IMG/VR virus record: IMGVR_UViG_3300033179_000001
Span: 20,711 to 84,710 of that record
DNA: 64,000 bases
Source of the DNA: a virus
Direction: 5' to 3' (one strand)
Numbering within the stretch: position 1 is the first letter of the stretch; each line of letters opens with the position of its first letter. The translations under genes and the position numbers were made by a program. Under the pieces are notes generated by a model. The model searched no databases. It was not told where the DNA came from and saw only the letters and a program-made list of their open reading frames with translations. Shown piece after piece: positions 19,126 through 27,645 of this stretch.

Positions 19126-20908
19126 TTATGCCTTAATGACCCCCTGAAGGAAGGCACAAGAAAGCGTTGCGTTCCCCGCCCATCCAATGAGCCGGACCAT
19201 CGCGTCCTGATTTACGCTGAACCGATCGGGATCGAGCGGGACCATGTTACGTCCTGCATACGGCCTCCAGTGGATGAAGTTCGTATTCAAAAAGTACATG
19301 TGATTGCTGGGTGCGCCGCCGACTGCGGACGTACCTGAGCTGGTCTGGAACGGCAGCGGATCGCTTGACTGTCCCTGATAGCCACCGTCGAGCACGACAT
19401 CGGCGTTCAGGTACTTGAGCGTCTCGAATCCGAGGTTTGCCAACTCAGTATCGCCCGCAAGCCGCTGGATGGCCTGCAGTGAGGACAGATAGAAGCGATA
19501 CATGTTGTTGTCGGCGACGATCAGGTCGGGATGGTCGTTACCCCGAACCAACTGGACGTAAATCTGGTCCATGTAGTCCTGGATGTTGGCCGCGCTGCTC
19601 GGTGCACCGCCGTTCGTCGCGGCAGAGAACGTGATGTTCTGCCAGAACGAGAACTGCGACCGATCAATGCCGCCAACCGTACCGGTGGTCGGAGAATCCG
19701 CCACAAGCAACTGAAGTCCGCCGATCGAGTTCGCAACCGTGCCGTCACCATATGCACCCTGTGAAAGACCGTTCAAGAACGTGCGTTCGCCGTTCTTCAC
19801 GCGACCTTCAAGCAGGTTGATGATGGCTTCCTCGCCTGAGTTCTGGATTTCCTCCAGACCAGAAATCGAGATCGCCAACGCAGACTGACGAATCGGAAAT
19901 TCCGCCGCAGTAAACGTCTGCGAAGGAGAAATGTTCAACGATTGATATCCGCTGTACCAGACGAAGGTCGAGTTGTTGTTGTAATCCAACTCCTGGACGA
20001 TCGTTCGGCCGCCGTCGAAGGTTTTGATATTGCCCTTCTTGTTCAACCGATGGAGCAGCGCGTTGTTTCGCAACTTTTTCTCTATGTTGGCTCTTTATCC
20101 AACATTTCCTGCATGTCGCCATGCAGAGAAGACCATCTCATCATCTTCCTAGCCCGCTTGGTTGCGCTGATCTTAGCACCGTGGCCTTTCGGCTTACCAA
20201 GTTGTGCCAATCTACGTTTTTCGTTCGCCTTGGGTGACCAGCGGTCGCCAACTGAATGGCGGGACGCCTCAACACCTTTCTTGATGGCCTCGGGTGAAAG
20301 TTCATAAGCCAGCCTGCTTTGATTGTAGAGCAGACCTTGCTCATTGAGGTTGGCCATCCAACGATGTTCGGCCTTCCTCTTATTTTCAACCGAACCTTCG
20401 ATTTCTTCCAAAAGTCTCATTGCGAAAGCTTGTGAACCATATTGGTTCCAGTCTCTTTGCAATTCCGGCTCAGCATGTTTGCCCTTATTGAGAAGGCATC
20501 TATGTTCCCTGAACCGTTTCGACAGTTTGGCCTTTGTTGATTTATAGGGTCGTATTGTGTTTGCCCTACCGTCACCAACGCTACCAACAAGGGTTTTCAT
20601 CGAAGTTAGGTGAACTATTCCGTAGATCGCTGCCATTCTGGAATCCCATCTTTGGCATTACTAGAAAGAGCCGGGCGCTCGTGGATGGATTATTCTTTCG
20701 TCACCATCTGGTCGTTAGAGCTTCCACCGCCCTAGGGCTTTCGCCTTACATCGGTGGCTTGCTACGGGATTGTCTCAGTCTCCCTGAGAGGTTCCCCGTT
20801 TCACCCGGTTTTACGTCTCCCGAAGTCTTAAGAGACGTTGTCTTGGAGAGACCCCGTGCGATTCCGCAGCGTGGTCGTAACAATTTCAGAGAGGCCGGGA
20901 GAGGCCAT
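19126..20908 (-). CDS. Major capsid protein, spliced: exon 1 20908-20831, exon 2 20070-19126 (340 aa)
   Basis: Joined reading MASPGLSEIVTTTLRNRTGSLQDNVS|RNNALLHRL..GGRTIVQEL..WYSGY..GGIDRS..WAGN; follows scaffold. Confidence 0.9.
20071..20830 (-). mobile_element. Group I intron (760 nt) in major capsid gene
   Basis: P1 ACGUCUCU/GGAGACGU with U.G at splice site; terminal G; P7 GACCA/UGGUC; P9 CUGCAUG-GCGA-CAUGCAG; removal restores frame. Confidence 0.9.
20082..20636 (-). CDS. Intron-encoded GIY-YIG homing endonuclease
   Basis: AIYGI..LVGS, R.REH..L.KGKH..LQRDWNQYG, E..LYN; NUMOD3-like tail. Confidence 0.85.
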   Translation of the reverse strand: MAAIYGIVHLTSMKTLVGSVGDGRANTIRPYKSTKAKLSKRFREHRCLLNKGKHAEPELQRDWNQYGSQAFAMRLLEEIEGSVENKRKAEHRWMANLNEQGLLYNQSRLAYELSPEAIKKGVEASRHSVGDRWSPKANEKRRLAQLGKPKGHGAKISATKRARKMMRWSSLHGDMQEMLDKEPT

Positions 20909-20929
20909 GGCACATGTCCCCCTGTGGGG

Positions 20930-22186
20930 TTAGTGCTGCGTACCCCTTAACTCGGCAAGAGCGCGGGAGATGCTTTCCCGTGGCGTTTCGATCCTTGGCG
21001 CGTTGGATTGGCCGCTTGGGACAGTACCGGCTGGGGCTCCGGATCGCACGCTTGCGCCTGCTTTCCTCGCCTTCTCGGCTGCCGTTCTGGCGTCCTTGTC
21101 ACGCTTCGCCTGATCATCTCGCAGGAGCGTTTCGCGCACTTGTGGGTGCGCGTAAATCGCTGCCTGATAGGCCGCATCCATATCGATGGCGCCGTCCTTG
21201 ATGGTGTTGCTGACTTGCGGTTGCCCTGCGTTGATAAGTGCAAGGTCCGAATTGATCAGGTTTGCCATCAGACCACGTACCGTTTCGGCGTGCGGCTTGT
21301 CTTTCGACCAGTTTGTCCACGTTTGTTTCGCGGCATTTGCAGCCGCAGCAGCATTCTGCTCCTCGAATGACTTGATACGAGTTTCGAGGTTCGTGATCAC
21401 CGGTCGGAGATTTTCAGGTATCGTATTGCCTTGGTCAGCATCCGCTTTCTTTTCCGGAGGTTCGGTGGCGGACGCAGCAGGAAGGGTTGCTGGGTCAATA
21501 CCAAAGGATTTCCCGAGTGCAATAAATGCCTGAACCTTGTTGGGGCCAGCAAGCTCCATATGCCATTTGAAGAGTTGGGTAATGGCTTGGCCGGGTGTGA
21601 CGTTGTTTTGCGTCATCACGGCTTTGTATGGTGCAACTGCGGTATCGATATCCTGGTATCGTGTTCGTAGTTCCTGTACGCCCTTCTCGGTGTCGGCCTC
21701 GCGCCGAGTAATTGCCGCGCGTGCGGCCTCGGGTAGGTCATTCCAAAGGGCTTTTTCTTCCTTGCTCCATGCCTTGGGCGCGGCGGACGTAGCCTGTGGG
21801 GCCGTCTCGGTGTTGCCTTCGGTCGTGGTCTCGGAACCGGGTTTCGCAGTGGTGTCGCCAGCGGCGCCTTCCGTCTGCTTGGATTTCGTAGCTGCCTTGG
21901 TCGTCTTCGCCTTAGCGGCGGCCTCAGCCTTTTCCTTGGTCTCTGCCGTAGCGCGCTTGATGCTCTCGGTAATTGTCTCAACGCGCGGCTTGGAATGATC
22001 TTCGACGGCTGCGGCAGTTGTGCCGCCCGTGTCGCCAGATTGCGTTTCGCCGCTTTCTACGTCGCCGCCCGTATCGTCGGTTACGGTCGTTTCAGTATTG
22101 GTCCCCTCATCGGTGCCGCCGGCATCAGAACCGGGGACATCAGGAGGCGAAAATGCAGCAACAGATGAAAGCCAATTTCTTATCAT
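20930..22186 (-). CDS. Capsid scaffolding protein
   Basis: Acidic/Ala-rich, APKAWSKE..W..LP motif, directly upstream of capsid gene. Confidence 0.75.
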   Translation of the reverse strand: MIRNWLSSVAAFSPPDVPGSDAGGTDEGTNTETTVTDDTGGDVESGETQSGDTGGTTAAAVEDHSKPRVETITESIKRATAETKEKAEAAAKAKTTKAATKSKQTEGAAGDTTAKPGSETTTEGNTETAPQATSAAPKAWSKEEKALWNDLPEAARAAITRREADTEKGVQELRTRYQDIDTAVAPYKAVMTQNNVTPGQAITQLFKWHMELAGPNKVQAFIALGKSFGIDPATLPAASATEPPEKKADADQGNTIPENLRPVITNLETRIKSFEEQNAAAAANAAKQTWTNWSKDKPHAETVRGLMANLINSDLALINAGQPQVSNTIKDGAIDMDAAYQAAIYAHPQVRETLLRDDQAKRDKDARTAAEKARKAGASVRSGAPAGTVPSGQSNAPRIETPRESISRALAELRGTQH

Positions 22187-22207
22187 GGTTCCTCCAATAA
22201 CATTGAA

Positions 22208-22516
22208 TTATCGATTTCGCAACTGATCAATTGCTCGTTTTATATCTGGCCCGGCTCGCGGCGGCTCAATCCACTTGCGCGGCTTTGCGGTCGCTTCATT
22301 GCCAACACAAGTCGCGCCGATTGCCTTGTCCTCTTTCCGGAAGGCCGATTTACTATCGAGCATTCGACCGGTGCCCATATGGCGAAGGTGCGTCCCGAGG
22401 TCATCCCGAATAACGTTCGGTGCATCGCTATGCTTCACGAACCGCACGCATTCAGTCGGCCACGGCTCCTCAAGATCGTGCCAATTCCCGCAGACTTTGC
22501 ACATTCTTTGGGCCAA
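22208..22516 (-). CDS. Conserved phage protein
   Basis: CKVC..WH, TGRMLDSKSAFR..G..CVGNE. Confidence 0.6.
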   Translation of the reverse strand: MAQRMCKVCGNWHDLEEPWPTECVRFVKHSDAPNVIRDDLGTHLRHMGTGRMLDSKSAFRKEDKAIGATCVGNEATAKPRKWIEPPRAGPDIKRAIDQLRNR

Positions 22517-23449
22517 TCATTCCTCCAGCAACATCCGAATAATCATTTCGTCATCACTATCCATTTCCTCTTTCGTTGCAAGGCGAAATGGTGGCGGATT
22601 CACATGCAACGTTGGCACCGGGCGGTGAGGTGGTGCCATAATGAGAGATGGCATCTGCACCGGTTTGATAAGCCGATTGATTGGGATAAGGAGGTTCGGG
22701 ACACGCGCGACCGGCGCGGGTTCTTCCTCCTGCGTGGGTTCGTTCACCCATCTTTTATTTACTTCGTCGTAATATTCCTGCTCATAAACTGTCGGATGGC
22801 GGCGATGATAACTGCGAACTGGCCAGCCGTAATCATGCTTGTCAGCCTTCGGACTTATCGGTGCCTTGAACTCGTAAGTCCACCATTGCGGCTGTTGGCC
22901 ATATCTCGTCCAGAGTTTAGCCGCTCGCCCCGGCGCAAACGGCATAAAATCAATGCCGATGAGATTGACCGGAACAATGGTAAATCCTGTTTCACAGTAG
23001 GCCACCCAGTCTTTAGCCAACCGAGGCGGTATCGGTGGCTGACTAAACGATGTGAAGAACGAAAGCGTCGTAGTCTGGACAAAATAGTCCCCAGAAAATG
23101 CAATCCAGTCTCTGGCAAAGTTGCGTGGCCGTGGCGGCGGTGTGAATTGCGAGAAAACCGACGAAATCGGTAGTGTCTCGACATAAACATCACCGGAAAA
23201 CGCGATCCAATCTCGCGCAAAATGCGGCGGTTTTGCCGGTGGATCAAAGTTTGTAAATGGGAATAGAACAGCAGGAGGACCAACGATGGTCCTATCGTAA
23301 AAGGCTATCCAGTCCTTAGCGAAGTTAAGGGGCCGAGGCGCTGGCGGCCAGATATTGAAATCGCCAATAATATTCGCTTGCGCGGGGCTCGGGTTTGATA
23401 CTTGGCCAAGCGCTTGCCGTCCAGTCGCATCAAACCCGAGAAATGACAT
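22517..23449 (-). CDS. Pro-rich repeat protein
   Basis: Four F/LAK/RDWI/VAF/Y repeats; ends DDEMIIRMLL. Confidence 0.6.
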   Translation of the reverse strand: MSFLGFDATGRQALGQVSNPSPAQANIIGDFNIWPPAPRPLNFAKDWIAFYDRTIVGPPAVLFPFTNFDPPAKPPHFARDWIAFSGDVYVETLPISSVFSQFTPPPRPRNFARDWIAFSGDYFVQTTTLSFFTSFSQPPIPPRLAKDWVAYCETGFTIVPVNLIGIDFMPFAPGRAAKLWTRYGQQPQWWTYEFKAPISPKADKHDYGWPVRSYHRRHPTVYEQEYYDEVNKRWVNEPTQEEEPAPVARVPNLLIPINRLIKPVQMPSLIMAPPHRPVPTLHVNPPPFRLATKEEMDSDDEMIIRMLLEE

Positions 23450-23473
23450 TTACGGTCAATCGTTGAAGCCTCT

Positions 23474-23953
23474 TTAGTCCGGGAAGAACAGACCAAACCA
23501 AGAGGTGTGAGCCGGGTTAGGATCGATAGTGACGGTTCCAGGAGATGCCGAAGCCTGAACGTAATTTGAGATTTTCCAACTATCCCCGCTATCGACATGA
23601 ACAATTGCGGTGAATTGGTTCTGTCCTGTGTTCGGATAACTTCCCAAGGTACCGATCGCCGCCATATCCTGACTAATTCCGCCCTCCGTCTTGTTGCTGC
23701 CAAGACTGTCTGTTCCGATCAACTTAGCAGTCATGCCATAGCCTTGCGCATTATAAACGCCGGCTTGGTCCCAAACCTGCCAACTAGCCAACAGAAGACC
23801 GGAAGCGAGCGGCTTCCATACATGGTTGGTCGTATCGAACCATCCTGTGGTGTCACGGGAAACCGCGTTCCAGTTCACTTGAACATAGTTCAGCGGCGAA
23901 GGAGGTGTGAATGTCTGAGCCGCGCTAAGATAAGCCCTAAATGACGGTATCAT
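23474..23953 (-). CDS. C1q/TNF-like beta-sandwich virion protein
   Basis: SFRAY..Q..DT..WFDTT..P..G..GD..WF pattern. Confidence 0.55.
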   Translation of the reverse strand: MIPSFRAYLSAAQTFTPPSPLNYVQVNWNAVSRDTTGWFDTTNHVWKPLASGLLLASWQVWDQAGVYNAQGYGMTAKLIGTDSLGSNKTEGGISQDMAAIGTLGSYPNTGQNQFTAIVHVDSGDSWKISNYVQASASPGTVTIDPNPAHTSWFGLFFPD

Positions 23954-23966
23954 ATTTGTATCCTTG

Positions 23967-24887
23967 TCAGGTGATGTTGAAATTTGCCGCTTTTTGGAAT
24001 TGAGGCCCCGGAAGGTTGAGGGTTACACCGAATCCCATACTGCCAACAACGGAAACTGTACCCCCCGATCCGCCTAGGGTAAACGATGACGAGCCAAATT
24101 CATGGCCAGTGAAGGATGCAAAATAGTTGTTTGAAATATTGATCGGCGAACTCGTGATGCATCCATTAAAGATGTTGATTGAAGCCGTCCCGGTATATCC
24201 ATTTTGGATATTGAGCGAGTTCGTGAAATTCCCTGAGAAATCACACTGTTGGAAATGATTCTCTTGCGATGTTGCCCCCGGATATCCAGTTCCCTGCCAA
24301 AAAGCAAAGCGTTGGCTGCCGAACGATCCATTCCCATTGAACATACAGCGATTGTACCAGTTAGCTCCGTTGGAAACGACGCTATCAAGACAACCGTTAA
24401 ACCAACTGTCAAAGCAATGCGAATCGATACCTTGGGTAAACAGACCAGCGCTGCCGTAAAATGATGTTACGTGCGAGATGTTCGCCGGAACATTTCTAGC
24501 AACCGTAATCGCATTTGAGCCAATGAGCGCAGGGTTAGGGTTATAATACCCCTGCACGGTCAGATGTTCGAGCCCACATCCACGCACACAACTCGTATCA
24601 AAATTCAGCGCATTAACGTTCGTCGTGAACCCACTCAAAAATGTGCCATTACGGCCCGATCCGATCAATCGAACGGCACCCTTAATATTGACCGTATTGG
24701 TTATCTGAAAGATTCCAGGAGGCATGAAAACAACGCCTCCGTTGTAAGTGGTATGCATGTAGTCGATGGCTTGCTGAATGAGAACTTCATTCGATGGATT
24801 CGACGGGTCAGCACCCCAAGCCGCAACATCAGTCCAAGGCTGTCCGGTTTTGAAGTAGAAATTGTCAGTTATGATCTGGTTCGTCAT
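23967..24887 (-). CDS. Beta-helix protein, paralogue of 3235-4362
   Basis: Shared YFK.G.PWTD..AWGADP, SNGANWYNRC, QR.AFWQG, ATSQEN, ANFNI. Confidence 0.75.
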   Translation of the reverse strand: MTNQIITDNFYFKTGQPWTDVAAWGADPSNPSNEVLIQQAIDYMHTTYNGGVVFMPPGIFQITNTVNIKGAVRLIGSGRNGTFLSGFTTNVNALNFDTSCVRGCGLEHLTVQGYYNPNPALIGSNAITVARNVPANISHVTSFYGSAGLFTQGIDSHCFDSWFNGCLDSVVSNGANWYNRCMFNGNGSFGSQRFAFWQGTGYPGATSQENHFQQCDFSGNFTNSLNIQNGYTGTASINIFNGCITSSPINISNNYFASFTGHEFGSSSFTLGGSGGTVSVVGSMGFGVTLNLPGPQFQKAANFNIT

Positions 24888-24889
24888 TT

Positions 24890-26101
24890 TTACATCCTGA
24901 ACATACCTGTGAGAGTTGCTGCTGTATTTACATTCATCGTATTGGCGTGCGTAGCGTCCCCTTGCTCATTCGCAGAAACAATCTGCACACCAAGCAATGG
25001 TCCTAATGTTCCACTTGATGATGCCATGCTATCCACCGCAGTCGTGGAAGTCGTAACGACACTCAAACTTGGAACAACAAATGTTGTCGCTGAATTAAGA
25101 CCAATTCCCACGAAACTAAAACTGCTTGCAGTAGCAGTAGTGGTTATACGTGTAGCATAAGAATAAACAAAACCGTCTTCAGCTAGTCCGGACAGATATG
25201 TAATCTGATTTCCGCCACTAGCTCTTGCTTGCCTGACCGTGGCTGAGGAATAGGTATACGAAACTCCATTATCAGTTACGCTAGTACCTATGATGACCCG
25301 GTTATATGTGTTCCAAACACCAAGGAAAGCCGCCGTTCCCCCCGATGCTGCGGCTCCAAATATCCAATCTAATTGGGATGATCCGTTGCTTCTCGTCGTT
25401 CCTACATATGTTCCGCGAGATGCCGCTGGCCCGTTGGTGATAGATGCATTATTGAGCAAGACACCGTTAACCATAACGAGCGCGGTACCGGCTGAACGTG
25501 CGGAATCGCTGGTCCAATCAGGGCCGTGGCCTATGCGCGTCGTTCCCGCGTCATCCCAGACGAACCAATCATTGACTTTGCTAGCCCCTATGGCAGCCGG
25601 ACTTTTGGTGGTGTCAGTAGTCGCAACAGATAATTCCGCGAAGGCTACATTCCTGAAACTCACACCGTCATAAATCGGAACCTGATTCCCGACATATGGC
25701 GTGTAAAATATCGTCGTCTTAGCGCTTTGCGTCGTCGTCATGACCGGTGTAGCGGTCTGCAGCGTCAAGCGTCCCTGTGGAGGATTAATGAACACCAAGT
25801 CTTCCGCGAGAGCTACCACCGAGACTTGAGGTGCGGAGGAAAAATTGATCTTTGCCGTAGTGCCAGCCGAATTGAAAAGAACCGTCGCCCTAGTCAGAAC
25901 CGTTCCCGCAGTGGTGTAGACCCCATAACCTATTTCCCACTGAGTGAGGTCCGAACTTTCAGCCCGATATCGATAGGTGCCGTTATTGGTTGCGCCTGCG
26001 CCGGCCGGCGTCTGATACCCGGTAACAGCGGACGAGACGGTCCAATCCGTAGTCCCGCCTGCAGTCGGGTTGAATTTACAGACATCAAGGAAAGAGGCCA
26101 T
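24890..26101 (-). CDS. Virion fibre-like structural protein
   Basis: WEIGYG.YT..LTR..N-terminal domain; PQGRLTL..PV; YVGT.R..VWN.YNR; Ser/Thr-rich. Confidence 0.65.
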   Translation of the reverse strand: MASFLDVCKFNPTAGGTTDWTVSSAVTGYQTPAGAGATNNGTYRYRAESSDLTQWEIGYGVYTTAGTVLTRATVLFNSAGTTAKINFSSAPQVSVVALAEDLVFINPPQGRLTLQTATPVMTTTQSAKTTIFYTPYVGNQVPIYDGVSFRNVAFAELSVATTDTTKSPAAIGASKVNDWFVWDDAGTTRIGHGPDWTSDSARSAGTALVMVNGVLLNNASITNGPAASRGTYVGTTRSNGSSQLDWIFGAAASGGTAAFLGVWNTYNRVIIGTSVTDNGVSYTYSSATVRQARASGGNQITYLSGLAEDGFVYSYATRITTTATASSFSFVGIGLNSATTFVVPSLSVVTTSTTAVDSMASSSGTLGPLLGVQIVSANEQGDATHANTMNVNTAATLTGMFRM

Positions 26102-26102
26102 G

Positions 26103-26405
26103 CTAGGTCCCTATCGCGATGATAGGGGTTCGTTCCCACTCCGCAAGTTTGGCGCGTTCCGCACCATCCGCTTCCATCTGCTCAATCATCTTTTCGGTTG
26201 GAATACACTTCGCTTTCTTTACGCATTTCGGACAAATAATTCCCATGCATTGCCGGCAAAGACCACCAAAATCGGCCGGATCACAGTATGGCTCAACCAC
26301 GATCACGAAGCAGCAATGCTGACAGGTCGCAGTATCGCGCCGAAATGTTCCAGCCTCGCCATAGCTTTCTAGAAAGCCTGTCGATTTTCCGTAGCGCAAC
26401 GACAT
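26103..26405 (-). CDS. Cys-rich zinc-binding hypothetical protein
   Basis: CQHC, CRQC, CPKC motifs; AGGAG SD. Confidence 0.6.
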   Translation of the reverse strand: MSLRYGKSTGFLESYGEAGTFRRDTATCQHCCFVIVVEPYCDPADFGGLCRQCMGIICPKCVKKAKCIPTEKMIEQMEADGAERAKLAEWERTPIIAIGT

Positions 26406-26409
26406 AGGA

Positions 26410-26883
26410 TTACTCCTGGAAATACAATCCAGTCTTAACCGATGCCGAGTAGGACGGTGATAGCGCGCGGAACGCAAAGCCGTTGAACGATGTTGCAGGC
26501 CAAATCAGCATCTGGCTTTCCTGTGCCGCTGTCCATCGCTGCGAATTGCGTTGGTTGAGTGCGACGGAAAAAACCGTGCTATTGGCCGTCACGGCGTTGG
26601 ACGCTGCAGTCCATGCGAGAGCGGCAGAAGTCTGCAATTCCGCAGGATCGGTACATTGCGGCGCGTAAGAGCTTCCTGAAAGCGCAGATGTTGTCGATCT
26701 CGAAAGATCATATGCGATCGGCGTATCTGTTGCTGACGGTGCCGAAGCGGCCCCCATCAACAACTCATAGGTTCTGCCACGTCGCAGTGCCGAACCGTTG
26801 CTGGAACTGGCGTAAACCAACACACCGTTGGAATTGAACGCTGCGGAGGCAGTCAAACTGCCATCTATATAATAATAGGGCGA
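26410..26883 (-). CDS. Ser/Thr-rich virion protein; no ATG at its SD (TCG-CCC), in frame with upstream TAG
   Basis: Open frame from upstream TAG (26893-26895) through PYYYIDGSLTAS..LYFQE. Confidence 0.6.
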   Translation of the reverse strand, partial: SPYYYIDGSLTASAAFNSNGVLVYASSSNGSALRRGRTYELLMGAASAPSATDTPIAYDLSRSTTSALSGSSYAPQCTDPAELQTSAALAWTAASNAVTANSTVFSVALNQRNSQRWTAAQESQMLIWPATSFNGFAFRALSPSYSASVKTGLYFQE

Positions 26884-26892
26884 TTTCGCCTC

Positions 26893-27645
26893 CTATTTGA
26901 CTGGAGTGGTGACTAATTTTAGAGATTTTGTCTCAATTGTAGATACTGGACGGAGTGGAACACGATCATTGCCCCAAACTCGGCGTGCGTAATCAATACC
27001 TTCTGCCGCGCCTTTAAGCAATGCCGTGTCGATCTCCGCTTGGCGCTTGACGCGCTCAGCCTCTTTGATCTTGCCCTCTAGTTCATTTTGATAGACGCAC
27101 ATTTTACGGCCCTGCGGGGTGGCATCAACCCAACCATAAAGGGACGGTGGCCGCATGATATCGCTCTCGTCCGGTGCTCCAACCTTGATCCCCATAGCCA
27201 TGCACATCACGATGAAATGCTGCATCGCGGGACGCTGATCGGCATATTCGCCGGGCAACGTCATATCGATACCGTAGAGCCCGATTTCGGTCGCGCCCTC
27301 CGCAATCGCCAGCGCCATCATATAGGCAAATGTGCTTGTGAAAAAATAGAGCGAGTGCTTTGCGATCATTTCTTCAAGCGGATACGGCGTGGCGTGCTTG
27401 ATATATTCTCGGCTCTGCGCATAGATCAAAAACTCTTGCTCGTTCAGCCAGTCGACATATTCGCCAGCGCCCCATTTCTCGCTCTCTGGCCAGCCAAGAT
27501 CACCGTGGATTTCAAACCATCGCGTGACCCGTGGCAATTTTCCAAATGCATTTCCGGGAGAACACGCCCAAATCTCCCAATCGCCATTTGCGTAAGGCGC
27601 GAGCATGCGCGAACTGGGGCAGGTACCGACTAGGGCAACTTTCAA
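26893..27645 (-). CDS. Sialyltransferase/Maf-fold-like glycosyltransferase
   Basis: KVALVG..PSS, RWFEIH, TSTFAYMMALAI..GATEIGLYGIDM, EY..QR. Confidence 0.6.
   Translation of the reverse strand: MKVALVGTCPSSRMLAPYANGDWEIWACSPGNAFGKLPRVTRWFEIHGDLGWPESEKWGAGEYVDWLNEQEFLIYAQSREYIKHATPYPLEEMIAKHSLYFFTSTFAYMMALAIAEGATEIGLYGIDMTLPGEYADQRPAMQHFIVMCMAMGIKVGAPDESDIMRPPSLYGWVDATPQGRKMCVYQNELEGKIKEAERVKRQAEIDTALLKGAAEGIDYARRVWGNDRVPLRPVSTIETKSLKLVTTPVK

Noticed and set aside
19126-20073. TTG-start capsid gene as given in the ORF track
   Set aside because: The TTG is the intron 3' end; the conserved N-terminus is encoded at 20908-20831
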